The position numbers and the translations under genes were made by a program. From NCBI GenBank assembly GCA_963664875.1, contig OY761611.1, positions 340,511-404,510 of the forward strand: a stretch of DNA of 64,000 bases. The letters are read 5' to 3'. Origin of the DNA: Candidatus Kapaibacterium sp. Its GTDB lineage: Bacteria; Bacteroidota; Ignavibacteria; Kapaibacteriales; UBA2268. The stretch's first letter is position 1. Every line of letters starts with the position of its first letter. Of the stretch, positions 10,255-19,818 are shown piece after piece. The notes under the pieces were generated by a model. It was given only the letters and a program-made list of their open reading frames with translations. It was not told the origin of the DNA and searched no databases.

Positions 10255-11304
10255 ATGAATATTGATATAAAACATAAAATTATAAATTACCGGTGGTGGT
10301 TAAAATTATCAAGATTACCACTATTAGCCACTTTTTTAGTTGCTGTTGTTTTATTAGGTGCATGTGCGCCAATGACAAGCGTACGAAATGGATTAGAACT
10401 TCAATCTAAATTGAGGGATGAAGTAGTTAATGGCAAAACAGCAGAACTTGCTGATGACCAAAATACACAAATTGAGAGTGAAGATTCAAAAAATGATAAA
10501 ATAGCAGAAATTGAAGAATTCGAAAAACTCCTTCAAGAAGCTAAAGTAAATAAAGTCGAGAAACTCAATGCACAAAAGCCAATCAATATAGCAGAAACTT
10601 CGAAAGAACCGGTATTAACTGAAGAATTGGCAGTTGCAGGTGTGCCGTCTCGTGATGATGTTCAAGATGAAACTTTAGAGGCACATCAAAGGCGTCTTTT
10701 AACCTTCAAGGAACAGTTTGATTCTTTTGAAAACAGACATGACAAACTAAAAATGAAAGTAGAGCAAATTGAAGAAGAACTCAAATTTCTTCGCGGTCAG
10801 GTGATTGCTTTAAACAGCAGAAAAGAAACATTTATTGCAGAAACAAAACCTTCTAATAAAGAATCAACAAAAATTATACAGTCTGATGAAAAACTAAATG
10901 CTTCAGCAGACATTCAACAATCAATTGAATCTAAAGATGATACAAAAGAAAAAATGATTCTTGCTGAGCAATTCTATGATAAAGGTAAATATAGAGATGC
11001 AATAGGGGAATACTCAAACCTACTTAAAACTGCTAAAGATGTTAAATCTAAATCAGAAGCAAATTATAAAATTGCTATGTGTCATTATCATTTAAAAGAA
11101 TACGAAAAATCCATTCAGTATTATAATGCTGTCTGTGCTATCTCTGGAGACTTATACAAAGACGATGCGAAGATTCATATTGCAGAAGCAAATATGAAAT
11201 TAGGAAAGATAGACGAAGCCAAAAAGGCATATCAAAATGTATTAGCTGAATATCCAAGAAGCAAGCATATACCAAAAGCAAGAAAAATGCTTCAACAGTT
11301 ATAA
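10255..11304 (+). CDS. Coiled-coil/TPR lipoprotein (YbgF/CpoB-like architecture)
   Basis: N-terminal TM/signal with lipobox-like LLGAC, long charged coiled-coil region, C-terminal TPR pairs (AEQFYDKGKYRDAIGEY..., CHYHLKEYEKSIQYY..., AKKAYQNVLAEYP). Confidence 0.5.
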   Translation: MNIDIKHKIINYRWWLKLSRLPLLATFLVAVVLLGACAPMTSVRNGLELQSKLRDEVVNGKTAELADDQNTQIESEDSKNDKIAEIEEFEKLLQEAKVNKVEKLNAQKPINIAETSKEPVLTEELAVAGVPSRDDVQDETLEAHQRRLLTFKEQFDSFENRHDKLKMKVEQIEEELKFLRGQVIALNSRKETFIAETKPSNKESTKIIQSDEKLNASADIQQSIESKDDTKEKMILAEQFYDKGKYRDAIGEYSNLLKTAKDVKSKSEANYKIAMCHYHLKEYEKSIQYYNAVCAISGDLYKDDAKIHIAEANMKLGKIDEAKKAYQNVLAEYPRSKHIPKARKMLQQL

Positions 11305-11307
11305 AAA

Positions 11308-11330
11308 AAAGCCGTGATTGACACGGCTTT
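11308..11330. terminator. Bidirectional terminator hairpin
   Basis: aaagccgtg-attga-cacggcttt stem-loop preceded by an A8 run and followed by a T-rich run; sits between convergent stop codons. Confidence 0.7.
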
Positions 11331-11334
11331 AAAT

Positions 11335-12135
11335 TTATTTACCACTGAGTAAAACTTTGACGTTATCACCTATTTTTGCATTGAAAATTTGCTCGGCGTT
11401 TGCATTGCGAACAGCAATTTCTAAAAAGCTGTTTGAACCAGTATAAACAAGAGCTTCTTTTTCTGCTACATCGGCAAACTTTTCTTTCAATCCAATAATT
11501 TCAGTCTCTCCGACTGTAAACACTATTTCGTTTAAATCAGCTTCAGTAATCATATTGTCTTTTAAGTTAGTAATTAGATTACCAAATCTGTCGATATGTA
11601 CAATTTCGCCGGTTAGCGAATTATCATCCATGAAAAGCTTTGGCTTTGGAAGAGTATATAGCTTATTGATTTCAAGATGTGAACCTACCTGATGAAGCTC
11701 TTTGCCTGAAGCAATGTGAGCTGAGGTAGGAGCAAATATATCTCTACCGTGAAATGTTTTACTTACTATTTCCAAAAAGTATTCTTTTTTGTCTAAAGAA
11801 ACAGATTCTTCGACAAAATGCTCATTAATCACGTAGCTTAATACACCATTGTTAGGAGCAACAAAATACCTATTTGCTGCTTTGATGGCAATTGGTTGTC
11901 TTTCGGAACCAACGCCCGGATCAACTACGGTTACAAATACTGTACCTTCGGGAAAGAATTTGATTGAGTTGGCTAAAATATAAGCTGCTTGTTTGATGTT
12001 ATGAGGTTCGATTGTATGAGTCATATCAATCAATTTTGCCTCATTACAAATATTGAGAATAACCCCTTTCATCATCGCAACATAAGGGTCAAATAAGCCA
12101 AAATCAGTAGTCAATACTATAGTTGGTGATTGCAT
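11335..12135 (-). CDS. S-adenosyl-L-methionine hydroxide adenosyltransferase family protein (DUF62; the fluorinase/chlorinase-related family)
   Basis: TDFGLFDPYVAMMKGVI N-terminal motif and VVDPGVG. Start chosen at the internal Met (MQSPTIVLTTDFG); the ORF-track start at 12183 would add 16 hydrophobic residues. Confidence 0.7.
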   Translation of the reverse strand: MQSPTIVLTTDFGLFDPYVAMMKGVILNICNEAKLIDMTHTIEPHNIKQAAYILANSIKFFPEGTVFVTVVDPGVGSERQPIAIKAANRYFVAPNNGVLSYVINEHFVEESVSLDKKEYFLEIVSKTFHGRDIFAPTSAHIASGKELHQVGSHLEINKLYTLPKPKLFMDDNSLTGEIVHIDRFGNLITNLKDNMITEADLNEIVFTVGETEIIGLKEKFADVAEKEALVYTGSNSFLEIAVRNANAEQIFNAKIGDNVKVLLSGK

Positions 12136-12211
12136 TAAACTGTTCTCTAAACAATAGTTGATAAAAACTACAATTATAATCAAAAAATAGTAGATGGCAA
12201 GGCAGAAAAAT

Positions 12212-13261
12212 CTACTTTTTGATAATATTCATAATTAAATTTTGGAATATTACTCTGCCATCGCCGGCTGATGTTTTTAATGCTTCATCTGCTTTTGTTA
12301 GTTGAATGAGAGCATTAGCTATTTCCTGATGTTTATATATACGTATAGCTTTTTGATATTGTTGTAAGAAATATGCGTTAACTTTTATTCGTGAGGCTAT
12401 CTCGTAATTATTTAGCCCTTTCGAAGCTAACTCGACCAGTTTCCAGGCTGCTATAAAGAAATTGGTCAAATAAGGAATTATTTTACTGTCTTTGTCATTT
12501 ACAGAAAGTAACCTATCCAGAATAAAGAGTGACTGGTTCAAATTTCTGTCTCCGACAGCATTTTGCAAATCTGCAGCTGTGTAATTTTTGGTAGCACCTA
12601 AGAGGAAATTTACATCATCTTTTGTGATATTTTGCTTATCAGGATAAGATATCACTATCTTATCAACTTCATTGGCAAGATGACGAAGTGATTCGCCACT
12701 TTGAGCGAGCACCATTTGCAAAGCTTCCTGATCTATATTTTTCCCATATTTTTTAAATCTTTGGTAAAGCCAATCAGGAAATTCGTTATCATATTTTTTA
12801 GGGAATTCTATGAAAGCATGATTTTCAAGTAGAAATGGGAAAGGGTATTTAATGCCCTTTGGTGCTTGCGCTTTCATTTTTTTTGAGACGCCAAAAAGTT
12901 TATCGTATCTTGTTTTAAGTATCAAAATTGTATGAGGAGATGGATTCTTGAGATAATTTGAAAGAGCGTTTGTTTCCTGCTTCTTTGATTTTCCTGTAAA
13001 CAGTTTATCTATATTTTTTAGTACAACTACTCTTTTGTCTGACATCATTGGAAAAGATGAACAAATTGATGCAATTTGATCCTGAGTATTTTCTTCTCCG
13101 TCAAGAATGTCGAAATTAAACTTATCATTTTCTGTTTTGACAAGTGAAGAAATCAAGCTGTCGTAGGCTTCATCCAATAAAAATTCTTCCTGCCCGAAAA
13201 GCAGAATAATTGGCGGAAATTGTTTTGAAGACAAAATATTTTGCAAACTAACAATCGGCAT
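12212..13261 (-). CDS. holA: DNA polymerase III delta subunit
   Basis: Length and N-terminal PPIILLFGQEEFLLDEA pattern typical of HolA. Start overlaps the stop of the upstream REC gene (TAATG). Confidence 0.75.
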   Translation of the reverse strand: MPIVSLQNILSSKQFPPIILLFGQEEFLLDEAYDSLISSLVKTENDKFNFDILDGEENTQDQIASICSSFPMMSDKRVVVLKNIDKLFTGKSKKQETNALSNYLKNPSPHTILILKTRYDKLFGVSKKMKAQAPKGIKYPFPFLLENHAFIEFPKKYDNEFPDWLYQRFKKYGKNIDQEALQMVLAQSGESLRHLANEVDKIVISYPDKQNITKDDVNFLLGATKNYTAADLQNAVGDRNLNQSLFILDRLLSVNDKDSKIIPYLTNFFIAAWKLVELASKGLNNYEIASRIKVNAYFLQQYQKAIRIYKHQEIANALIQLTKADEALKTSAGDGRVIFQNLIMNIIKK

Positions 13262-13680
13262 TATTTTTTTCTCTTTGATATTTCGTTAAGTGCTTTGTGG
13301 AATTTTCCGCTGATAATTTTAGCATTTGAAGGTTTTACAATGTAGTCCGCAATTTTAAGTTTTGCTAAACTTATAAATAAATCGCCATAGCTAAGAGCTG
13401 TGCAGGCAATCACCGGTAAATTACGGGTTGCCTCGTTTGAACGTAAAAATTTTAAAGCTGTCAGACCATCCATTACAGGCATTTGCATATCCAGAACAAG
13501 CAAATCAGGTAGGTTATCCTTCATAAGCCCGAAAGCTTCTTGTGGATTAGATGATTCGACAATATTTGCTTGAAAATGTTTTTTTAATATCGAACTAAGT
13601 ATTTTGCGATAAGCAGGATCATCATCTACCAGCATAACTGTAAGATGTGAGTAATCGAAATTAGGAATTTCCAGACTCAT
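13261..13680 (-). CDS. Single-domain response regulator (CheY-like receiver)
   Basis: MLVDDD...LLVLDMQMPVMDG...KP receiver motifs; no output domain. Confidence 0.85.
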   Translation of the reverse strand: MSLEIPNFDYSHLTVMLVDDDPAYRKILSSILKKHFQANIVESSNPQEAFGLMKDNLPDLLVLDMQMPVMDGLTALKFLRSNEATRNLPVIACTALSYGDLFISLAKLKIADYIVKPSNAKIISGKFHKALNEISKRKK

Positions 13681-13690
13681 AGTAGCCTCG

Positions 13691-14575
13691 TTATTTCATA
13701 ACTAAAATTCTCGTCGGTATCTCACCGGCTTCAGCAAATCTAATAAGTGCTTTTATCATTTCCGGTTTAGTGGTTTCGCCTTTTGCAGCAATCAACATAC
13801 CGTGTTTAGTAAAGTAATCTTCTGCGAAAATCATTCCGGGGACTACCTGATTTACCGGCACTCTCATTACTGATTTTTTACCAAAAGATGTTCGTTCTAA
13901 TTCCATCATACGGATAAATGCTTCAACTACTTTTTTATCAAATAAAATGCCTCGCTTTTTGTAGAGATAATTCATAGTATTTGCATATTTATCCTTAGTG
14001 GATTCTAAAAAAGCAGCTGTGCTTGTGTATGGTGCATTAGATGCGTTATTGAAAGTGCGGTCTCTTTGTCTTTTGTAGATAGCATTATGGAAAGTATCTA
14101 CTACCAAAATGATTCTGGCACCTGGATGTATTTCATTTCCCTGAATGTGATTTGGGAAACCACTTCCGTCAAGTTTTTCGTGGTGCTGGCCGATTATTTC
14201 GCAAATTGAATCGAATCCTTTGTAAGGTTCGAGAATTTTAACACTAAGCCCCGGGTGCATAGTATATCTTTTGTATTCAGCCGAACTCATCTCAGATGGA
14301 TATTTGTAAAGTGAAGAATCCATGTAACCAATTTTTCCGATATCGTGTAGCAATCCTGCTATTCTGATTTCAGTAACCATATCTTCGCCCAAACCGAGTT
14401 CCTCAGCAAGCATAGCAGACTTTTCAGATACAAATCTTGAGTGACTGCCTTCGTAGAAGTTTTCTGTGAAAGTTGCAATATTTGATAAAATCTGAATAGT
14501 TTGGAACATTCCTGAAGCTAACTCATCACTAAGCTCTTCTACTAAACTCTCTAATTCTTGTATTCTTTCTTCCAT
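13691..14575 (-). CDS. HD-GYP domain protein (putative c-di-GMP phosphodiesterase) with extra N- and C-terminal regions
   Basis: HDIGKIGY (HD) and HHEKLDGSGFP (HD-GYP signature, GFP variant). Confidence 0.75.
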   Translation of the reverse strand: MEERIQELESLVEELSDELASGMFQTIQILSNIATFTENFYEGSHSRFVSEKSAMLAEELGLGEDMVTEIRIAGLLHDIGKIGYMDSSLYKYPSEMSSAEYKRYTMHPGLSVKILEPYKGFDSICEIIGQHHEKLDGSGFPNHIQGNEIHPGARIILVVDTFHNAIYKRQRDRTFNNASNAPYTSTAAFLESTKDKYANTMNYLYKKRGILFDKKVVEAFIRMMELERTSFGKKSVMRVPVNQVVPGMIFAEDYFTKHGMLIAAKGETTKPEMIKALIRFAEAGEIPTRILVMK

Positions 14576-14716
14576 GATTTATCATTCGCGGCTTTTGTTC
14601 TTTCAAATTTCTATAATATAAGAATAAACGTAAAAAATCTAAATATAAGTTATCCAATTTTTTTAGATTTGTACTTTAATATGTTTAAAACACTCAAGAT
14701 ACAAACAGGGGAAATA

Positions 14717-15925
14717 ATGTCTGAGATTAAAAAAATTGGTATCATCACCAGCGGTGGCGATTGTGGCGGACTTAATGCTGTTATAAACGGTGCTTCTCGT
14801 ATGGCTCATAGCTTAGGTATAGAAGTCGTACTTATTCCCAATGGTTATGCAGGATTATACAATTTAGAAAATATCGAGCCTGTAGTTATTGATTTTGCTC
14901 GTGCTGATAGAATTCATTCCGGTGTTGCCGGCTCTGAAGCGGGTCACTCAAGAGTAAAAATCAGCAAAATTCAGAATCCTGAAAAATATAACATCATCAG
15001 AAAAGGTTTGGAAAAACATAATATTGATGCACTTGTTATCGCCGGGGGCGATGATACTGGTTCTGTAGTGGTAGATCTTATCAAAAATGGAATCAGATGT
15101 ATTCATGTTCCTAAAACTATGGATTTAGATTTGCAGACTTACTCTGTAGGTGGTGATTCTACAATAAACAGAATCTCAAAATTTACTGAAGACTTGAGGA
15201 CTACAGGGCTTACTCATAACCGTACTCTCATAATTGAAGTTTTTGGCAGATATGCAGGGCACACAGCTTTTAGAGGTGGTATCGGAGCTGATGCAGACGC
15301 TGTTCTAATTCCTGAAATCCCTGTTGATTATGGATATTTATATCAGCATTTCAAAAAAACATACATGAACAGACTTCTTGCTTCTGATGTTAAAGGATCA
15401 ACCTATATTATCGTTGCTGCTGAAGGCTTGAGGGACAAAGAAGGCAATTTATTTACAGATGTTTCCATCACTGATTCGTTCGGACATCAAAAACTATCCG
15501 GTATCGGGAGGTATGTTCGTAACCAACTTGAAGCACACATGAAACAAGATCCTGAATGGCAGGAAATGCTTAAAAAGGAAGGTATTTACGTGGAAGATAT
15601 ATATGAATATCCTGAAATTAGAGAAGTAACATTAGGACACTTAGTCCGTGCAGGTCAAACGAGTTCCTACGATGTGACTTTTGGTAAACAGTGTGGCGGA
15701 GGTGCAGTTTTACTACTAACTAAAGGCATTGCCGGAGTTACTGTTGTTGGTATAGAAGGAAAAGAAGTATCATATATACCTACCGAAGAAGCTATAAAAC
15801 AACGATTCGTAGATTTAGAAGATGTTGCTTTCCACGAAAAACTTGGTGTTTGCTTTGGTAGAGAACCTGAAGCATACGAACCTGAAATCAAACAATACTC
15901 CGGCAAAATACACAGATATATGTAA
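14717..15925 (+). CDS. pfk: 6-phosphofructokinase, probably pyrophosphate-dependent
   Basis: GGDCGGLNAVI N-terminus. GGDDTGS (Asp at the position that is Gly in ATP-PFK GGDGS) and PKTMDLD (Lys at the position that is Gly in ATP-PFKs) are both described discriminators of PPi-PFKs. Start taken at MSEIKK (14717, preceded by aggggaa); the track ORF begins further upstream. Confidence 0.8.
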   Translation: MSEIKKIGIITSGGDCGGLNAVINGASRMAHSLGIEVVLIPNGYAGLYNLENIEPVVIDFARADRIHSGVAGSEAGHSRVKISKIQNPEKYNIIRKGLEKHNIDALVIAGGDDTGSVVVDLIKNGIRCIHVPKTMDLDLQTYSVGGDSTINRISKFTEDLRTTGLTHNRTLIIEVFGRYAGHTAFRGGIGADADAVLIPEIPVDYGYLYQHFKKTYMNRLLASDVKGSTYIIVAAEGLRDKEGNLFTDVSITDSFGHQKLSGIGRYVRNQLEAHMKQDPEWQEMLKKEGIYVEDIYEYPEIREVTLGHLVRAGQTSSYDVTFGKQCGGGAVLLLTKGIAGVTVVGIEGKEVSYIPTEEAIKQRFVDLEDVAFHEKLGVCFGREPEAYEPEIKQYSGKIHRYM

Positions 15926-15989
15926 CATCTGATATTGCCAAATAGAATTCTTGTTTTTAAAATAAAAACAGTATTTTTGTGTTATAAAT

Positions 15990-16028
15990 AATAGGCTAAT
16001 TGATTTCTTGGAAATTATTTAGCCTATT
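15990..16028 (+). terminator. Stem-loop (10-bp stem, 19-nt loop) followed by a T-rich run; likely pfk terminator or a 5'UTR element of the J-domain gene
   Basis: aataggctaa ... ttagcctatt inverted repeat followed by tgttttcgctttgttg. Confidence 0.45.
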
Positions 16029-16058
16029 TGTTTTCGCTTTGTTGTTAATTATTACAGA

Positions 16059-17009
16059 TTGAATGGGTTGGCAGATATGGATTTTAAAGATTATTATTCT
16101 ATACTCGGGGTAAACAAGAACGCAACGGATGACGACATAAAAAAAGCATACAGAAAGTTAGCTCAAAAATTTCACCCCGATAAAAACAAAGGCGACAAAA
16201 CTGCCGAAGAAAAATTTAAAGATATAAGCGAAGCCTACGAGGTGCTCAAAGATGCTGATAAGCGTAGGAAATACGACAACTTAGGCAGCTCATGGAACAG
16301 ATATCGTTCGACAGGTTCTAACACAGGATTCAACTGGGCAGATTGGGAAGCCCAAAACAGTAGCGAAAGAAAGAAGAAAACCTCATTTGGTGATATGTTT
16401 GACCAAGGTGGAGGTGGTTTCTATTCGGATTTTTTCGAAAAGATATTCGGCTCAGGTTTTGGCAAAAGTCGTGGCTTCAATCCTACTCCTAAACAAGGAG
16501 AAGACTTTAAAACAGAAGTTGATATCAGCCTCGAAGAAGCATACAAAGGTACTTCCAGAATAATAAAAGTCAATAAAGAAAAGATAGAATTAAAACTCAA
16601 ACAGGGAATTACTGACGGTACAGTACTAAAAATTTCAGGCAAAGGAACTACCGGTAGAAATGGGGGAGCCAACGGTAATTTGCTGATTCAGGTCAATGTA
16701 AAACCGCATCCTGATGTTGAGCAAAAAGAACTTGATTTGTACCAGAACATAATGGTTGATCTCTATACCGCACTTTTAGGTGGAAATATTAAAGTCAAAA
16801 CTTTTACAGGGACGGTGCAGATAAATATTAGTCCTGAAACCCAAACAGGAAAACTATTGAAACTGAAAGGACTTGGGATGCCTGATTATGTATCTGACAA
16901 TAAAGGAGATTTGTATTTAAAAGTTCAGATTCAGTTGCCAGAAAATCTATCTTTAGAAGAAAAGAAACTTTTTGAACAATTAAGAAAAATCAGACAAAAA
17001 ATATCATAG
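16059..17009 (+). CDS. J-domain chaperone, CbpA-like (DnaJ homologue without zinc-finger region)
   Basis: DYYSILGV...[17 protein letters not shown] domain with HPD; G/F-rich linker; DnaJ C-terminal beta domains; no CxxCxGxG repeats. Alternative start at M7 (16077). Confidence 0.8.
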   Translation: MNGLADMDFKDYYSILGVNKNATDDDIKKAYRKLAQKFHPDKNKGDKTAEEKFKDISEAYEVLKDADKRRKYDNLGSSWNRYRSTGSNTGFNWADWEAQNSSERKKKTSFGDMFDQGGGGFYSDFFEKIFGSGFGKSRGFNPTPKQGEDFKTEVDISLEEAYKGTSRIIKVNKEKIELKLKQGITDGTVLKISGKGTTGRNGGANGNLLIQVNVKPHPDVEQKELDLYQNIMVDLYTALLGGNIKVKTFTGTVQINISPETQTGKLLKLKGLGMPDYVSDNKGDLYLKVQIQLPENLSLEEKKLFEQLRKIRQKIS

Positions 17010-17010
17010 A

Positions 17011-17038
17011 AAAGGACTGAATATAACATCAGTCCTTT
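17011..17038. terminator. Bidirectional terminator hairpin
   Basis: aaaggactga-atataaca-tcagtccttt, between convergent genes. Confidence 0.65.
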
Positions 17039-17052
17039 ACCTTGATAAATGT

Positions 17053-17724
17053 TTAGAAATAAACGCCTACGCCTAATTGCACAAAGGACTTTTTGTCTTC
17101 GTCGTCAGCTTTGCCGATAAAATTAGCATAGTTATATTTACCTTCTACATTCAATGTTACAAGTTTGAGATTTACATCAACACCCAGACCTAAACCAAAT
17201 CCAATTCTATTATAAGAAGGAGAATTTGAAAAATCAACGGAAACTATTCCAACAGGAATATCCACGGAACTGTTGATATAATTGTAACCAACTTCACCCA
17301 ACCCGTAAACTCCAATCAAAGATTTGAATAAATAAAGCTGAATGCCCGCATTGATAGGTATGACGTTTGTGCTTTGTTTTAACTTTGCGGTAAACTTGTC
17401 ATCGATAAAGATGTCAATTTCTTTTTCCGGAAATTTGTTCCAAGATAAACTCCCATAAAAATCTGCGTAGTCAGAAAGAGCTACTTTTAGCCGCATACCC
17501 ACAAAATATCCTGCACTCATACCATTATCTTTCAAGCTGGCAAAATTGTCTTCTGCGTCTTTCGTAATAGAAATACCGTTTTGTTTGTTATAAACATCAG
17601 CTAATTTGTCGCTTGGAGTTGATAAGCCTACACGAAAACCAAATTGTACTCCGTCAGAGGCAGATAATTGGTTATATTGGAAAAGTAGCATAAACATAAA
17701 AATAAATGCAACTAGCCTACTCAT
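17053..17724 (-). CDS. Small outer-membrane beta-barrel protein (OMP_b-brl family-like)
   Basis: Signal peptide, alternating amphipathic strands, C-terminal ...GVGVYF with terminal Phe. Confidence 0.6.
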   Translation of the reverse strand: MSRLVAFIFMFMLLFQYNQLSASDGVQFGFRVGLSTPSDKLADVYNKQNGISITKDAEDNFASLKDNGMSAGYFVGMRLKVALSDYADFYGSLSWNKFPEKEIDIFIDDKFTAKLKQSTNVIPINAGIQLYLFKSLIGVYGLGEVGYNYINSSVDIPVGIVSVDFSNSPSYNRIGFGLGLGVDVNLKLVTLNVEGKYNYANFIGKADDEDKKSFVQLGVGVYF

Positions 17725-17842
17725 ATTTCCTTATTCTCCTAAAAGTTGTAATTTTGTTTAAACAAAAGTGTACGAAAATCGTAGCTATTTAGTAAGTTTG
17801 TTCGCAATTTTTGCAAATATGTTTCAAAAATAGAAGAAAAAC

Positions 17843-19801
17843 ATGAAAATTACTAAAATTATATCAGTATTGTCAGCATTTATGCTTGTTAGTTTAGGTG
17901 CTGTAACTCTTCATTCTGAAGAAAACGAAGTAAAGTTTGGTATATTTGGCGGCATTAATTTTAATATGCACAGTCCTGATTTCACGATGCCTTATAATAC
18001 AAATGGTATAAGCAATGTGTTTAATGAAAACAAAACAAGTATAGGTTTGCATTTAGGAGGTCTTATTGACTATGAACTCTCGCAAGGCTATGTTTTGTCA
18101 GGAAGATTAGGCTTCCATTCTGCTAGTGTATTATTTAAAGATAATAGATTGCTTACTTCTGAAATTGGAGCACCCGATACAAGTTTGGCAGGAGAATTAG
18201 ATGCTTCGATTTATTACCTCGAAATATCTCCTATGTTGAAATTCACAGAATTATTGCCTGTCGAAAATCTGTACTTATTGGGCGGAATCGAACTCGGTAT
18301 CCCGATTTCAGCAAAATATGATTTGACTAATAGTGTGAGCACTACAGCGGACGATTTGACTACATACTCCCAAACAAATCAAGATATCGATGGTAAATCT
18401 ATGAGATTGGCAATTGCTCTTGGTGCCGGATATGATTTTGAAATAGGTGATGGTGTTGAGTTGTCTCCTGAAGTATCATTTAGATTACCGCTAACGAAAG
18501 TGTCTTCAAATAATAATTTTGATTCTTGGTCTGTACCTCAGGTAAGAGTAGGCGTATCGCTTACTTTTGGAGGTAAATCCACGAAAGAACCAAATAAACC
18601 TGAGGCCGGTGAACTAAGTGTTGGATTCAACGACGTATCATATTACGATAAAGACGGAAACAAAAAGAAATTAAACGACATTTCTGTTGAAGAAACTGAA
18701 TATCAAGAGCTTTATCCTGTACTTCCTTATGTATTTTGCAGTGAAAATGAATCAATACCGGATAAAAGATACCAAACTATGGCTTCTCAGTCTGCTTCCG
18801 GAGAGTTTAGTTTCTCAGCATTAGAAGCTGACGCGATGACTATAAATATCAATACCTTAGATATTATCGGCAAAAGGATGCAGAATAACAAACAGGCAAG
18901 AGTTAGAATAAATGGTACTCTAGACGGTAAAAATGAAGTTGATTTAGAAGTAGCTAAGCAGAGAGCTGATTTTGCCAAAAACTATATTGTTGTGAATTAT
19001 GGTATCAATCCGGATAGAATAGATGTAACATCGAGCAAAAAACCTGAAAAATTGTCTGCATTAAGCAATCCTGACGGAGTTCAGGAAAACAGAAGAATTG
19101 AATTTTTCAGTTCAAATTCTGAGTTGTTAGAACCAATTATGCTTAGTAAAGATAAAAAACGTGTTGCTTTCCCGCAGCTTATCGAGTTTAACCCTGCTGT
19201 AGTCAGCAGTGCAGGTATCAAAAACTGGGAGTTAAGGGTAATGCAGGCAGGACGGATTGTTAAACAATTTGCAGGTACAGGTGTTCCTCAGCCAATCCAA
19301 TGGAATATAATGCCAAATGATTTGACAGATGCACAAGTGCCTCTTGATTATACTTTGGAAGTAATTGCAAACGATGGCATGGTAAAAACTTCATCTGGGA
19401 CTATTCCTGTTGAATACTATTCGTTTACAAGGAAAAGAACAGAAGATATGCCTGATAAAACAATTTCTAAATATAGTTTAGTTGTTTTTGACTTTGATTC
19501 TCCAAATATCTCAGAAGCAGATAAAAAAATCTTAGAAGATAAAGTTGTTCCTGCAATTACATATAATTCTACCGTACAGATTTACGGATATACTGACAAA
19601 CTTGGAAATGATTCATATAATAAGAAGTTAGCTTTAGAAAGAGCAAACAATGTCAAGAATTTCTTAGAAAGCAAAGTAAAAAATGTTAAATTTGAAGTCT
19701 ATGGAGTTGGAGAATCAGTTGAACTATTCAATAACAATTCTCCAATAGGAAGACAGCTGTCTCGAACAGTGCAAGTTTACGTTGTTACACCCAAAAAATA
19801 A
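17843..19801 (+). CDS. OmpA-family outer-membrane protein (N-terminal beta-barrel plus C-terminal OmpA peptidoglycan-binding domain)
   Basis: Signal peptide; C-terminal IYGYTDKLGNDSYNKKLALERANNVKNFL...VYGVGE OmpA_C motifs. Confidence 0.8.
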   Translation: MKITKIISVLSAFMLVSLGAVTLHSEENEVKFGIFGGINFNMHSPDFTMPYNTNGISNVFNENKTSIGLHLGGLIDYELSQGYVLSGRLGFHSASVLFKDNRLLTSEIGAPDTSLAGELDASIYYLEISPMLKFTELLPVENLYLLGGIELGIPISAKYDLTNSVSTTADDLTTYSQTNQDIDGKSMRLAIALGAGYDFEIGDGVELSPEVSFRLPLTKVSSNNNFDSWSVPQVRVGVSLTFGGKSTKEPNKPEAGELSVGFNDVSYYDKDGNKKKLNDISVEETEYQELYPVLPYVFCSENESIPDKRYQTMASQSASGEFSFSALEADAMTININTLDIIGKRMQNNKQARVRINGTLDGKNEVDLEVAKQRADFAKNYIVVNYGINPDRIDVTSSKKPEKLSALSNPDGVQENRRIEFFSSNSELLEPIMLSKDKKRVAFPQLIEFNPAVVSSAGIKNWELRVMQAGRIVKQFAGTGVPQPIQWNIMPNDLTDAQVPLDYTLEVIANDGMVKTSSGTIPVEYYSFTRKRTEDMPDKTISKYSLVVFDFDSPNISEADKKILEDKVVPAITYNSTVQIYGYTDKLGNDSYNKKLALERANNVKNFLESKVKNVKFEVYGVGESVELFNNNSPIGRQLSRTVQVYVVTPKK

Positions 19802-19818
19802 AAATTAGGGCGAAATGA

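Noticed and set aside
14558-14716. N-terminal 53 aa of the ORF-track version of pfk (start at 14558, overlapping the HD-GYP gene start on the other strand)
   Set aside because: The extension is hydrophobic, low-complexity and reads through the AT-rich promoter region of the divergent HD-GYP gene. The conserved PFK N-terminus (MSEIKKIGIITSGGD) begins at 14717 with a purine-rich RBS, so the upstream extension is almost certainly not translated.
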